From NCBI GenBank assembly GCA_963608145.1, contig CAVDFD010000001.1, positions 2,304 to 66,303 of the forward strand: a stretch of 64,000 bases of DNA, in the 5' to 3' direction. Each line of letters starts with the position of its first letter. Position 1 is the stretch's first letter. The notes beneath the pieces were generated by a model. The model was not told the origin of the DNA. It made no database searches and saw only the letters and a program-made list of their open reading frames with translations. Source of the DNA: Bacteroidaceae bacterium. Its GTDB lineage: Bacteria; Bacillota; Clostridia; Oscillospirales; Oscillospiraceae. A program made the position numbers and the translations under genes. Positions 44,196 through 55,857 of the stretch are shown one piece after another.

Positions 44196-46271
44196 ATGCC
44201 AAGACAGTACTCACTTGAAAAAACAAGAAATATCGGTATCATGGCTCACATCGACGCCGGCAAGACTACGACGACCGAGCGTATTCTTTACTACACCGGC
44301 GTAAACTACAAGATCGGCGAGACCCACGAGGGCACCGCGACCATGGACTGGATGGAGCAGGAGCAGGAGAGAGGTATAACCATCACCTCCGCCGCTACCA
44401 CCTGCCACTGGCGCGATACCAGGATCAACATCATTGATACTCCGGGTCACGTTGACTTTACCGTCGAGGTCGAGCGTTCGCTCCGCGTTCTTGACGGCTG
44501 TGTGACCGTATTGTGTGCCAAGGGCGGCGTTGAGCCGCAGTCCGAGACAGTTTGGAGACAGGCAGACCATTACAATGTTCCCCGTATGATATACGTCAAC
44601 AAGATGGATATCATGGGCGCAGACTTCTACCATGTCCTCGATATGGTGCATGACAGACTTAAATGTAATGCAGTGCCCATCCAGCTCCCGATCGGCGCCG
44701 AAGCGGATTTCCGTGGCATAATCGATCTGGTTGAGATGAATGCCCGCATTTATTACGATGATCTCGGCAACGATATGCGCACCGAGGAGATCCCCGAGGA
44801 TATGCGCGATCTGGCCGAGGAATACCGTGTAAACATGCTGGAAGCCGTCTCGGATTTCGACGACGAGATAATGATGCGTTATCTCGAAGGCGATGAGATA
44901 CCGCAGGATATGATCCGCGCAGCCATCAGAAAGGCCACCTGTGCCGTAAAGATGGTTCCCGTGGTCTGCGGAACCTCATATAAAAATAAAGGCGTGCAGA
45001 AGCTGCTCGACGCAATCGTTGAGTACATGCCCTCTCCGCTGGATATTCCCGCTATCAGCGGTACGAACCCCAAGACCGATGAGGAGGAGACCCGCGAGGC
45101 TTCCGACGATGCTCCGTTCTCCGCACTCGCGTTCAAGATCATGACCGACCCCTTCGTCGGCCGCCTGAGCTTCTTCCGCGTCTATTCCGGCACGGTCGAG
45201 GCAGGCAAGACGGTTTTGAACTCGTCCAAGGGTCAGCGTGAGCGTATCGGCAGGATCCTGCTGATGCACGCAAACCACAGAGAAGATCTTTCCGTCGCGT
45301 ACTCCGGCGATATCGCCGCCGCGGTCGGCCTTAAAAACACCACCACGGGCGACACGCTCTGCGACGAAAAGCATCCGATCATCCTTGAATCCATGGAATT
45401 TCCCGAGCCCGTTATCCGCGTCGCCATCGAGCCCAAGACCAAGGCCGGTCAGGAGAAGATGGCAATCGCGCTGCAGAAGCTCGCGGAGGAGGATCCTACC
45501 TTCAAGACCTACACCGACGAGGAGTCGGGTCAGACCATAATCGCCGGTATGGGCGAGCTTCACCTTGAGATCATCGTTGACAGGCTTCTGCGCGAGTTCA
45601 AGGTCGAGGCCAACGTCGGCAAGCCGCAGGTCTCCTACAAGGAGACCATCACACGCGAGGCGACCGTCGATACCCGCTATGCCCGTCAGACGGGCGGTAA
45701 AGGCCAGTTTGCACACTGCAAGATCATCGTTGAGCCCAACGAGTCCGGCAAGGGCTACGAGTTTATCAACAAGATCACCGGCGGCGCGATCCCCAAGGAA
45801 TATATCCCCTGTGTCGATCAGGGTATTCAGGGCGCAATGCAGTCGGGCGTGCTCGCAGGCTATCAGGTCGTGGACGTGAAGGTAACGCTCATAGACGGCT
45901 CGTACCACGAGGTCGATTCGTCCGAAATGGCGTTCAAGATCTGCGGCAGCATGGCGTTCAAGGAAGCCTGCGAAAAGGCAGGCCCCACTCTGCTTGAACC
46001 TATTATGAAGGTCGTCGTAACGGCTCCCGATGAATACATGGGCGACGTTATGGGCGATATAAATGCAAGACGCGGCCAGATCGTCGGCTCCGATATCAGA
46101 AACGGTGCCGCGGTCATCGAGGCAAACGTACCTCTTGCATCCATGTTTGGCTACGCAACCGACCTGAGAAGCAAAACTCAGGGTCGTGCGAATTACAGCA
46201 TGGAGCCCAGCCACTATGTCGAGCTTCCGAAGAATCTTCAGGAGACTCTGCGCGGCGCTCGCAAGGGCTGA
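44196..46271 (+). CDS. fusA: elongation factor G
   Basis: [15 protein letters not shown] and DTPGHVDF. 691 aa. Confidence 0.98.
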   Translation: MPRQYSLEKTRNIGIMAHIDAGKTTTTERILYYTGVNYKIGETHEGTATMDWMEQEQERGITITSAATTCHWRDTRINIIDTPGHVDFTVEVERSLRVLDGCVTVLCAKGGVEPQSETVWRQADHYNVPRMIYVNKMDIMGADFYHVLDMVHDRLKCNAVPIQLPIGAEADFRGIIDLVEMNARIYYDDLGNDMRTEEIPEDMRDLAEEYRVNMLEAVSDFDDEIMMRYLEGDEIPQDMIRAAIRKATCAVKMVPVVCGTSYKNKGVQKLLDAIVEYMPSPLDIPAISGTNPKTDEEETREASDDAPFSALAFKIMTDPFVGRLSFFRVYSGTVEAGKTVLNSSKGQRERIGRILLMHANHREDLSVAYSGDIAAAVGLKNTTTGDTLCDEKHPIILESMEFPEPVIRVAIEPKTKAGQEKMAIALQKLAEEDPTFKTYTDEESGQTIIAGMGELHLEIIVDRLLREFKVEANVGKPQVSYKETITREATVDTRYARQTGGKGQFAHCKIIVEPNESGKGYEFINKITGGAIPKEYIPCVDQGIQGAMQSGVLAGYQVVDVKVTLIDGSYHEVDSSEMAFKICGSMAFKEACEKAGPTLLEPIMKVVVTAPDEYMGDVMGDINARRGQIVGSDIRNGAAVIEANVPLASMFGYATDLRSKTQGRANYSMEPSHYVELPKNLQETLRGARKG

Positions 46272-46334
46272 TAAACCATATAAGCAAGTAGTTTAATCAA
46301 AAACAATGTAATTAATTTCACGGAGGTTATTATT

Positions 46335-47537
<1,203 letters not shown>

Positions 47538-47571
47538 TTTCCAAAACCAAATGAACTAAGCGTTCATAAGA

Positions 47572-47611
47572 ATATACACCTTGAGACGAAAGCCTCAAGG
47601 TGTATTTTTAT
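47572..47611. terminator. bidirectional rho-independent terminator after tuf and the convergent DUF4830 gene
   Basis: ATACACCTTGAG (47574-47585) pairs with CTCAAGGTGTAT (47594-47605), followed by TTTTTA. Confidence 0.85.
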
Positions 47612-47618
47612 CGTGCGT

Positions 47619-48074
47619 CTATCGTATACCGTGCATGAAGCCGTCGATCTCTGCCGAATGTATATCTCCGCCGATAACGCGAGTGCCCTTGACATAGAGC
47701 ACGGCATAGACCGTTCCGTCAAAGCCTGCGTAGTCGGTGACGGTGTATGTAAACTGTCTGCACTCAAGTCCGGCATAGGATGCAAAGTCGTAGCCCTGAG
47801 AAGTCTGCATACCGGCATATTCGTCCAGCGCCCCCTCAAAGCTTTTAGGCAGCAGCACGCTGCGCTCATCCTCGCTGTCGGCATCGACCTCCCAGCCGTA
47901 GGAGGCCAGATACTTAACACGCCCTTTCTGCTGTGACGCATCGAGCATATCGCCCGTGCTGAACAGACTGCGCGGTGATGAGCAGATCATGACTGCCGCA
48001 GCGAGGCATAGCCCGAGCAGGAGCAGCAGCGCGACCGCACGTTTTTTCGTCAGCTTTAAACTTTTCGTAAACAT
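47619..48074 (-). CDS. DUF4830-like membrane-anchored protein
   Basis: N-terminal TM anchor (AVALLLLLGLCLAAAVMI) and a YLASYGWEVD segment reminiscent of DUF4830 proteins of Clostridia. Confidence 0.7.
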   Translation of the reverse strand: MFTKSLKLTKKRAVALLLLLGLCLAAAVMICSSPRSLFSTGDMLDASQQKGRVKYLASYGWEVDADSEDERSVLLPKSFEGALDEYAGMQTSQGYDFASYAGLECRQFTYTVTDYAGFDGTVYAVLYVKGTRVIGGDIHSAEIDGFMHGIR

Positions 48075-48097
48075 ATTCGCATATCAGCCTTTGCCTA

Positions 48098-48126
48098 TTC
48101 AAAAAATAAATACTTTGTGTTATAAT
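48098..48126 (+). promoter_or_regulatory. possible sigma-A promoter upstream of the pseudouridine synthase gene
   Basis: TTCAAA (48098-48103), a 17-nt spacer ending in TGT, then TATAAT (48121-48126). Confidence 0.4.
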
Positions 48127-48164
48127 AACTGAACACTAAATCTTATGCCAAACAGGGGGCCAAT

Positions 48165-48878
48165 ATGCCGATAATGCGACTGGACAAGCTGCTTTCCGAG
48201 TGCACCGCACTCTCACGAAGCCAGCTGCGCCGGATAATAAAAAGCGGCTCTGTCAGCGTTGACGGGCAGCCAGTTACCGCACCGGAGCAGAAGGTGGACA
48301 GCGATACGGCGAAGGTCGAGCTCGACGGCAAGCCCGTGAGCTATGAAAAATTCTGCTATTACATGCTCAATAAGCCGGCCGGCATATTGTCGGCTACGGA
48401 CGACAAAAAGCAGAAAACGGTCATAGACCTGTTTCCGCCCGAGCTTAAAAAGAAAAACCTGTTTCCCGTCGGCCGGCTGGATAAGGATACTACGGGACTG
48501 CTCATAATAACCAACGACGGCGAGTTTGCCCATAAGGTCATTTCGCCGAAGTCTGAGATTGTAAAGACCTATCACGCCGTCACCGAATGCCCCGTTGACG
48601 ATGCCGATATCGAAGCCTTCCGGCAGGGAGTAGTGCTCGGCGACGGTACGCAGTGCCTTCCGGCCGGACTGGAACGGCTGCCGGACGGCAGCTGCCTTGT
48701 GCATGTGATGGAGGGAAAGTATCATCAGGTAAAGCGCATGCTCGCCTCACGCGGCAAGCCCGTGACGGCCTTGAAACGACTGTCAATAGGCGGCTTGAGG
48801 CTTGACAACAGCCTGATTCCGGGCGAATTTAGGCAGCTGACAAAAAATGAATTGTGCAGTGTGAATAAGAAAAAATAA
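48165..48878 (+). CDS. rRNA pseudouridine synthase, RsuA/RluB family
   Basis: N-terminal S4 domain (MRLDKLLSE...) and catalytic motif GRLDKDTTGLLIITNDG. Confidence 0.9.
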   Translation: MPIMRLDKLLSECTALSRSQLRRIIKSGSVSVDGQPVTAPEQKVDSDTAKVELDGKPVSYEKFCYYMLNKPAGILSATDDKKQKTVIDLFPPELKKKNLFPVGRLDKDTTGLLIITNDGEFAHKVISPKSEIVKTYHAVTECPVDDADIEAFRQGVVLGDGTQCLPAGLERLPDGSCLVHVMEGKYHQVKRMLASRGKPVTALKRLSIGGLRLDNSLIPGEFRQLTKNELCSVNKKK

Positions 48879-49057
48879 CAAAAAATCAAGGCCGTATTTG
48901 GTGCATTTAGCAAAACAATTATCTCATTTTTAAAAATATTCACAAAAATAATGTGGTTTTCTATTGAAAAACGCACAAAAAAGTATTATCATGTAGAAAG
49001 AGTTGAATATTATTTATCGTTAAAATACCCATAAGCTTCTGGGGAGGTTAAAAGACG

Positions 49058-50149
49058 ATGTCCAGCAGAATTTTTCAGAGCGTGATAATACAGATAAAGG
49101 AAGCCACTGACAGGTGCGTCGGCATCATTGACGATCAGGGCTTCGTTATTACGTGCAGCGAGCTTCCGATGATAGGATCGAGGCTCGAAGATTTTTCAAG
49201 CATAAATTATGATTTCTCCGAGCCCGTGTATGTCAGCGGTATGCGCACATACAAGGTGCTCAGCAACAGCAGCAAATTTGACTATGCCGTGTTTGTCGAG
49301 GGCTGCGACGATATGGCGCGCATGACGTGCATGATGGCGGCAGTGGCCTTCAACGAGGCAAAGCTCAATTATGAGGAGAAGTACAACAAGGCGGCCTTCC
49401 TCAAGAACATTATTTCCGATAACATCCTCCCCGGAGATGTTTATGTAAGGACCAAGGAGCTGCACTTTGCCCCCGATGTTCCGCGGGCGCTGATGCTTGT
49501 GCGTCAGGTCGAGAGAACGGATGTCGCCAGCGTCGAGGTACTACAGACGCTTTTCCCCGATAAGCAGCATGATTTTGTTATCAGCATAAACGAGAGCGAC
49601 ATCGTCGTTATAAAGGAGCTCCCCGGCGGCGAGAACAGCGCCGAGGTAAAGGCCATTGCCGAAAGCGTCGAGGCAGTCCTGCGCAGCGAGCTTCAGATAA
49701 AATGCAATATCGGCATAGGAACGACCGCAAGGCATCTGCGTGAGCTTGCCGACCGCTATAAGGAAGCTCAGATAGCCATTGACGTCGGCAGAGTTTTCGA
49801 CTCGGAAAAGACGATAATAAGCTACGAAAATCTCGGCATCGGCCGTATTATATACCAGCTCCCCACAACGCTCTGCGAAATGTTCCTCAATGAGGTGTTC
49901 AAGAAAAACCCGCTTGAAACGCTCGATGAGGATACGCTTGAGACAATAAATAAATTTTTCGAGAACAACCTCAACGTCTCGGAAACAAGCCGCAAGCTGT
50001 ATGTCCACCGCAACACGCTCGTCTACCGCCTTGAAAAGATCAAGAAGATCACCGGCCTTGACCTGCGCGAGTTTGACCATGCTATCGTTTTCAAGGTCGC
50101 AATGATGGTCAAGCAGTATCTCGATTCGGTCAACAGCGGCGTCCGCTGA
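49058..50149 (+). CDS. PucR/CdaR-family transcriptional regulator
   Basis: C-terminal PucR-type HTH NVSETSRKLYVHRNTLVYRLEKIKKITGLD. 363 aa. Confidence 0.85.
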   Translation: MSSRIFQSVIIQIKEATDRCVGIIDDQGFVITCSELPMIGSRLEDFSSINYDFSEPVYVSGMRTYKVLSNSSKFDYAVFVEGCDDMARMTCMMAAVAFNEAKLNYEEKYNKAAFLKNIISDNILPGDVYVRTKELHFAPDVPRALMLVRQVERTDVASVEVLQTLFPDKQHDFVISINESDIVVIKELPGGENSAEVKAIAESVEAVLRSELQIKCNIGIGTTARHLRELADRYKEAQIAIDVGRVFDSEKTIISYENLGIGRIIYQLPTTLCEMFLNEVFKKNPLETLDEDTLETINKFFENNLNVSETSRKLYVHRNTLVYRLEKIKKITGLDLREFDHAIVFKVAMMVKQYLDSVNSGVR

Positions 50150-50195
50150 AATCCAAAGGGGAGAACCCCAGACATCCTCAGGAGGAAAATGACAC

Positions 50196-50888
50196 ATGGT
50201 TCAGATGAACAATGTAACGATGGTCTATGACAACAGTGATGTTGCCGCGCTGGACAATTTCAGCCTCACGATAAACGAGGGCGAATTTGCCTTCCTTGTC
50301 GGGCCGTCCGGCTCCGGCAAGACGACGATCATAAAGCTTTTAACGGGCGAGATAATGGCGTCCGAGGGCGAGGTCGTCGTAAACGGATTTAATATGAACA
50401 AGCTGAAGCGCCGCAAGATGCCGCAGATGCGAAGAACGCTCGGCGTCATCTTTCAGGACTTCAGGCTTATCGACAAGATGACCGTGTACGATAACGTTGC
50501 GTTTGCAATGCACGTTGTCGGCGCTTCAAACAAGTCGATAAAGGATCGCGTGCCCCGCGTTCTGGAGCTTGTCGGGCTTGACGGACGCGAAAAGCGCCTT
50601 CCGGCGGAGCTCTCCGGCGGCGAGCAGCAGCGTGTTGCAATAGCTCGCGCTCTGGTCAATAACCCGACCATGATAATAGCCGACGAGCCCACGGGCAACC
50701 TTGACCCCGTGCGCAGCCTTGAGCTTATGCTCCTGCTTGAGAAGATAAACGAAATGGGCACCACGATCCTCGTGGTAACTCACGAAAAGGAGCTGGTCAA
50801 CGCTTTCTCCAAGCGCGTCATCGCCATCGACGGCGGCCACCTGATCAGCGACGGAATGGACGGGTACTACAGCTATGAAGTTGAATAG
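50196..50888 (+). CDS. ftsE: cell division ATP-binding protein FtsE
   Basis: Walker [10 protein letters not shown], signature LSGGEQQR and Walker B IIADEPT. Followed by ftsX. Confidence 0.93.
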   Translation: MVQMNNVTMVYDNSDVAALDNFSLTINEGEFAFLVGPSGSGKTTIIKLLTGEIMASEGEVVVNGFNMNKLKRRKMPQMRRTLGVIFQDFRLIDKMTVYDNVAFAMHVVGASNKSIKDRVPRVLELVGLDGREKRLPAELSGGEQQRVAIARALVNNPTMIIADEPTGNLDPVRSLELMLLLEKINEMGTTILVVTHEKELVNAFSKRVIAIDGGHLISDGMDGYYSYEVE

Positions 50889-51762
50889 ATACGGATATCT
50901 TATAGGCGAGGGCTTCCGCAATATCTTTACCCACGGCTTTATGTCCTTTGCCTCTGTAACGATAATAATCGCCTGCCTCATAATAATGGGCAGCTTTACG
51001 CTTCTTGACATTAACGTCAATCAGATAGTCGAGGATATCGGCAATCAGAATCAGATACTTGCCTATGTGGACGAGGATATGACGGCGCAGGAGGCTACCG
51101 CGCAGATACAGGCAAAGCTTGAGGCGCTCGATAATGTTGCCAGCGTCAGCTTTGTAAGCCGCAGCGAGGCAAGACAGAACTTCCTTGACAAGTACGACAG
51201 CAGCTTCACGGAGGGACTTAATGACGAGGTGTTCCGCCACCGCTTCGTTATCCAGCTCGTTGACCTCAGCCGGATGGATTCGACCAAGGCTGCTATCGAA
51301 GGCGTTGACGGCATCGTGAAGGTGAATGCCCCCACGGAATATGCCGATAAGTTCATCGCCGTGCGCAATGTCATAAGCGTTGTTTCGCTCGTACTCATTG
51401 CAATTTTGGGCTTTGTATCCCTGTTCATTATGAGCAACACCATAAAGCTTGCGACCTATGGCCGGCGCGAGGAGATCGCTATCATGAAGATGGTCGGCGC
51501 GTCAAACAGCTTTATCCGCTGCCCCTTCGTTGTTGAGGGTCTGGTGCTCGGTATTGTCGGCGGCGGCCTTGCATTCCTCGCACAGTGGGGACTGTACAAG
51601 GCGCTGGAGGCTAAGGTCGCGTCGAGCCTCAGCATTTCCTTCGTGAATATAGTGCCGTTTTCAAGCGTGTGGACGGCTGTGCTCATAGCATTTATGACGG
51701 TCGGCGTTCTCGTCGGCGCAGTCGGCGGCGTTATCGCTATAAGAAACTACCTCAAGGTGTGA
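50875..51762 (+). CDS. ftsX: cell division permease FtsX
   Basis: 295 aa with TM1, a large extracellular loop and three C-terminal TMs. Overlaps the ftsE stop. Confidence 0.9.
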   Translation: MKLNRYGYLIGEGFRNIFTHGFMSFASVTIIIACLIIMGSFTLLDINVNQIVEDIGNQNQILAYVDEDMTAQEATAQIQAKLEALDNVASVSFVSRSEARQNFLDKYDSSFTEGLNDEVFRHRFVIQLVDLSRMDSTKAAIEGVDGIVKVNAPTEYADKFIAVRNVISVVSLVLIAILGFVSLFIMSNTIKLATYGRREEIAIMKMVGASNSFIRCPFVVEGLVLGIVGGGLAFLAQWGLYKALEAKVASSLSISFVNIVPFSSVWTAVLIAFMTVGVLVGAVGGVIAIRNYLKV

Positions 51763-51772
51763 GGAACGGAAA

Positions 51773-51934
51773 ATGAACAGAAGATTAGTCGTATCAATAT
51801 TGGCAATGCTCCTTGTGCTGACGATGATACTCAGCCTCGTGCTCACGGTGATCCCCGTGAGAGCCGACGGAGCAGCGCAGTACCCGCATGAGGAGACTGC
51901 CGCTGTGCAGAGCATGACGGAAAAATGTAATTAA
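51773..51934 (+). CDS. 53-aa ORF consisting of little more than a signal peptide (possible gene remnant or small exported peptide)
   Basis: Not in the track. GAGGA RBS (51761-51765) sits 7 nt before ATG 51773. MNRRLVVSILAMLLVLTMILSLVLTVIPVRA then DGAAQYPHEETAAVQSMTEKCN. Followed by the hairpin GACTGGC/GCCAGTC (about 51944-51969). Confidence 0.35.
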   Translation: MNRRLVVSILAMLLVLTMILSLVLTVIPVRADGAAQYPHEETAAVQSMTEKCN

Positions 51935-51999
51935 AGGAATTTGACTGGCGACCCTTCGGTTGCCAGTCAAACGTACTGTTTCAGCAAAAGGAGGACTTG

Positions 52000-53166
52000 A
52001 TGGAAAAACGCTCAAGGCCGGAATCCGGCAGAAAATTTAAGCTCATCCATCTTATAATAGCGGCGCTGATCGTTATGGTCGTTACCGCTGCGGTAACGTA
52101 CTTCATAACGACGGGAGGCTTCTCGGACCGGCAGTATCTCAAGGATGCCAAAGCCTATGTCGAGATCGAAAAGATAATAAACGAAAATTATATAGGCGAG
52201 GTCAACGAGGATACGCTGTACAACGCGGCGGCCTCGGCAATGGTACGCAGCATCGACGATAAGTGGAGCTATTACATGAGCCCCGAGGAATATGCGGCCT
52301 ATAAGCTGTCCTCGGCAAACGAGTATGCCGGTATCGGCGTAAGCGTGAAGCTCAACGATAAGGGCAAGTTTGAGATATTCGCCGTCGAGGACGGAACTCC
52401 GGCGGCAACTGCCGGGCTCAACGTCGGACAGACGATAGTTTCCGTTGACGGACAGGCGACGGAGGGAATGACTACGGCTGAGCTTCAGGAGCTTATCCGC
52501 TCAAAGCTCAACAAGAACTTCCCCATGGTCATTGCAGACGAAAAGGGAAACGAGTCAAGCGTCACAATATCCTGCGAGGTCATATATAAAAATCCGGTAT
52601 CCTCGAAAATGCTCGAGAATAATATCGGATATATCAAGATATCGAACTTTGAGGCCGGAAGCAGCGAGGGAACGATAGGCGCTATCGAAAAGCTCACGGC
52701 AGAGGGCGCAAAGTCGTTTATCTTCGACGTGCGCGACAATCCCGGCGGCCTTGTGAGCGAGCTTGTATCGCTGCTTGACTACCTCCTGCCGGAGGGCGAC
52801 CTGTTTGTGAGCGTAGATAAGGCCGGCAAGGAAACGGTCAAGACCTCGGATAAGATCTGTCTGAGCGCGAAGATGGCCGTTCTGGTCAACGAAAACAGCT
52901 ACAGCGCAGCCGAGTTTTTCGCGGCGGCGCTTCAGGAGTACGACTGGGCGACGATAGTCGGCGAGCATACGACAGGCAAGGCCAGAAGTCAGGTCACGAT
53001 AGAACTTTCAAATGGCGGTGCGATACACATTTCCACCAACAAATATCTCACACCGAAGCGTGTCGATCTTGCCGAGGCCGGCGGCATAAAGCCCGATATC
53101 GAGGCGCAAAATACGGATGAGGACACAAAGGTGCAGCTCAACGCGGCGATAAAGGCCCTGAGCTGA
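52000..53166 (+). CDS. S41-family carboxy-terminal processing peptidase
   Basis: N-terminal TM anchor, a PDZ region, and the catalytic region FDVRDNPGG plus SAAEFFAAAL. ATG 52000 follows a GGAGG RBS. Confidence 0.9.
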   Translation: MEKRSRPESGRKFKLIHLIIAALIVMVVTAAVTYFITTGGFSDRQYLKDAKAYVEIEKIINENYIGEVNEDTLYNAAASAMVRSIDDKWSYYMSPEEYAAYKLSSANEYAGIGVSVKLNDKGKFEIFAVEDGTPAATAGLNVGQTIVSVDGQATEGMTTAELQELIRSKLNKNFPMVIADEKGNESSVTISCEVIYKNPVSSKMLENNIGYIKISNFEAGSSEGTIGAIEKLTAEGAKSFIFDVRDNPGGLVSELVSLLDYLLPEGDLFVSVDKAGKETVKTSDKICLSAKMAVLVNENSYSAAEFFAAALQEYDWATIVGEHTTGKARSQVTIELSNGGAIHISTNKYLTPKRVDLAEAGGIKPDIEAQNTDEDTKVQLNAAIKALS

Positions 53167-53211
53167 GTATTAATAAGCAATAAATTAAGGATTAAAAAGG
53201 AGAGCTGAATA

Positions 53212-53700
53212 ATGGCTACCGAAAGCAGATTTAAAATGAGTCAGGAGCGCCTTGACGCGCTCAAAAAGGAGCTTCTGTACCTTGAGACCGATAAGGCAAA
53301 GGAGGTTGCCGAGCAGATCAAGGAAGCGCGCAGCTTCGGCGACCTTTCGGAAAACAGCGAATACGACGAGGCAAAGACCGAGCAGGGCAAGCTCTATTCG
53401 AGAATCGCCGAGATCAAGAGCCTTGTCGAGAACGCCGAGATCGTCGAGAAGGTCGATACCGGCATGCGCAAGGGCGCAGTCACCCTCGGCAGCCGCGTAA
53501 AGGTGCGTGACATGGATGACGGCTATGAAGAGGAGTACACCGTCGTTGGCTCGCAGGAGGCAAACCCCATGGAGGGGCGCGTATCCGATGATTCCCCCTT
53601 TGGCCGCGGCCTTTACGGTCACGTCGCAGGCGAGAAGATCAGCGTTGACGCTCCCGCGGGCGAGCTGCATTTCGAGATACTTTCGGTAGAGAACGATTAA
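53212..53700 (+). CDS. greA: transcription elongation factor GreA
   Basis: ARSFGDLSENSEYDEAK acidic-tip motif. 162 aa. Confidence 0.93.
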   Translation: MATESRFKMSQERLDALKKELLYLETDKAKEVAEQIKEARSFGDLSENSEYDEAKTEQGKLYSRIAEIKSLVENAEIVEKVDTGMRKGAVTLGSRVKVRDMDDGYEEEYTVVGSQEANPMEGRVSDDSPFGRGLYGHVAGEKISVDAPAGELHFEILSVEND

Positions 53701-53711
53701 GAGGTTAGAAT

Positions 53712-55217
53712 ATGAGTGAGAACAAGACCAATGAAACGGCAGCGCCTGAGCAGGAGCTCAGCGAGCTGCTTCAGATAAGACGAGATAAGCTGAAGGCGCT
53801 GCAGGAGGAGGGGAGAGACCCATTTACCCAGACCCGCTTTGTAAGAAGCGCGTATTCAGCCGAGATAAAGGAAAACTTCGAAGCCTTCGACGGCAAGACC
53901 GTCAAGGTAGCAGGCCGCATGATGTCAAAGCGCGGCATGGGCAAGGCCATATTCTGCCATATAAAGGACGACCGCGGCAGCATCCAGCTGTATATCCGCA
54001 AGGACGCAGTCAGCGAGCAGGAGTTTGCCGACTTCCGCAAGTATGATATCGGCGATATCGTCGGTGTTTCAGGCTTTGTGTTCAAGACCAAGACCGAGGA
54101 GATATCTGTTCACGTCGAGTCGGTCACGCTGCTGTCGAAGAACCTGCGCCCCCTGCCGGAGAAGTTCCACGGCATGACGAGCACCGAGCTTAAATACCGC
54201 CAGCGCTATGTTGACCTTATCATGAGCGACGACAGCCGCCGCAACTTTGAGATACGCTCGAAGTTTATAAGCTATGTCCGTTCCTTCCTCGACGGCAGAG
54301 GCTATATGGAGGTCGAAACTCCCGTACTTAACACCATATCCGGCGGCGCGACGGCGCGCCCGTTCATAACCCATCACAATACGCTGGATATCGACATGTT
54401 CCTGCGCATTGCTACCGAGCTAAACCTCAAGCGTCTTATCGTCGGCGGCATCGAGCGCGTGTACGAGATAGGACGCATCTTCCGCAACGAGGGCATGGAT
54501 ACAAAGCATAACCCCGAGTTCACGACCGTTGAGCTGTACCAGTCCTACGCCGATTTTAACGATATGATGGATCTGTTTGAAGACCTCCTGTCGGGCGCTG
54601 CGATGAAGATACTTGGTACCTACCAGTGCACATGGCAGGGCTGCGACATAGACCTCACACCCGGCTGGGAGCGCCTTACGATGGCCGAGGCCGTCAAGAA
54701 ATACGTCGGCCTTGACTTCATGGCGATAGAGGGCGACGCGGAAGCCGTAGCCGCTGCAAAGGCCGCGGGTGTCGATATGGACAAGGTCGAGCCCACATGG
54801 GGTCATGCCCTGTACGAGTGCTTTGACCAGCTCGTCGAGGAAAAGCTCATTCAGCCGACCTTCATCACCATGCATCCGGTGGACGTTTCGCCGCTTGCCA
54901 AGCGCTCTCCCAAGGACCCGCGCCTGACCGAGCGCTTTGAGCTGTTCATCTGCCGCAGCGAGATGGGCAATGCCTTCTCCGAGCTCAACGACCCAATTGA
55001 CCAGAAGCAGCGCTTCCTCAAACAGGTCGAGATGCGCGCCAAGGGCGACGATGAGGCCGGTATGATGGACGACGATTTCATCAACGCGCTTGAGTACGGC
55101 ATGCCTCCCACGGGCGGCCTCGGCATCGGCATCGACCGCTGCGTCATGCTCCTGACCGGCGCAAGCTCCATCCGCGACGTTATCCTGTTCCCGACGATGA
55201 AGCCGCTTAACGAGTAA
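53712..55217 (+). CDS. lysS: lysine--tRNA ligase (class II)
   Basis: OB-fold N-domain and class II motifs ([20 protein letters not shown]). 501 aa. Confidence 0.97.
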   Translation: MSENKTNETAAPEQELSELLQIRRDKLKALQEEGRDPFTQTRFVRSAYSAEIKENFEAFDGKTVKVAGRMMSKRGMGKAIFCHIKDDRGSIQLYIRKDAVSEQEFADFRKYDIGDIVGVSGFVFKTKTEEISVHVESVTLLSKNLRPLPEKFHGMTSTELKYRQRYVDLIMSDDSRRNFEIRSKFISYVRSFLDGRGYMEVETPVLNTISGGATARPFITHHNTLDIDMFLRIATELNLKRLIVGGIERVYEIGRIFRNEGMDTKHNPEFTTVELYQSYADFNDMMDLFEDLLSGAAMKILGTYQCTWQGCDIDLTPGWERLTMAEAVKKYVGLDFMAIEGDAEAVAAAKAAGVDMDKVEPTWGHALYECFDQLVEEKLIQPTFITMHPVDVSPLAKRSPKDPRLTERFELFICRSEMGNAFSELNDPIDQKQRFLKQVEMRAKGDDEAGMMDDDFINALEYGMPPTGGLGIGIDRCVMLLTGASSIRDVILFPTMKPLNE

Positions 55218-55228
55218 ATATGTATTTG

Positions 55229-55264
55229 AATGGGCAATTCCGATCGGGATTGCCCATTTTTTAA
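55229..55264 (+). terminator. rho-independent terminator after lysS
   Basis: AATGGGCAAT (55229-55238) pairs with ATTGCCCATT (55249-55258), followed by TTTTTT. Confidence 0.85.
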
Positions 55265-55308
55265 AACAAACGGAAATACAAATCGGAAGTTGGAGGAGGA
55301 AGCCACCA

Positions 55309-55671
55309 ATGAATATAGAGAAAATTGTGAAGAACGGCACCGTCTGCGCAGCTGTACGCAGCGATACGATCGTGATTACAGATGCACAGTCTGCGCTCGA
55401 CCTGCTGATGACAGCAAAGTACGATCTTGGGACGAAGAATATCGTGATCGACAAGAAGCTGATCAAGGAGGAGTTCTTCATCCTCAGTTCCGGCCTCGCG
55501 GGCGACATCCTCCAGAAATATATAAATTATGGCGGGCGGATTGCCGTCTATGGAGATTTTTCTCATTACACCAGCAAGCCCCTGCATGACTTCATCTATG
55601 AGAGCAACAAGGGACATGACGTGTTCTTTGCTGCAACCGAGAATGAAGCGGTTGAATGCTTATGCCGATAA
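55309..55671 (+). CDS. DUF4180-like protein
   Basis: 120 aa. The pattern FILSSGLAGDILQKYINYGGRIAVYGDFS...SKPLHDFIYESNKG matches my recollection of DUF4180. A monocistronic unit bracketed by terminators. Confidence 0.7.
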   Translation: MNIEKIVKNGTVCAAVRSDTIVITDAQSALDLLMTAKYDLGTKNIVIDKKLIKEEFFILSSGLAGDILQKYINYGGRIAVYGDFSHYTSKPLHDFIYESNKGHDVFFAATENEAVECLCR

Positions 55672-55689
55672 ATTTTTGTTTTTCAACTT

Positions 55690-55733
55690 GCCCTTTGAGA
55701 GAGGAGAAATCCTTTTCTCAAAGGGCTTTTTTC
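55690..55733 (+). terminator. rho-independent terminator after the DUF4180 gene
   Basis: GCCCTTTGAGA (55690-55700) pairs with TCTCAAAGGGC (55716-55726), followed by TTTTTT. Confidence 0.85.
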
Positions 55734-55797
55734 TGTTCTGTGTCAATAGCTTGGGGCAGAAAAAGCCAAAGAAAGATAGTGCGGGCTGCACACTGTC

Positions 55798-55826
55798 TTG
55801 CCGTTGCGCTGTGCGCGTGGTATAAT
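55798..55826 (+). promoter_or_regulatory. possible sigma-A promoter of uvrB
   Basis: TTGCCG (55798-55803), a 17-nt spacer ending in TGG, then TATAAT (55821-55826). I saw no Cheo-type LexA box nearby. Confidence 0.45.
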
Positions 55827-55857
55827 AACACCAATAGCCAATGTAAGGAGCAGATCC

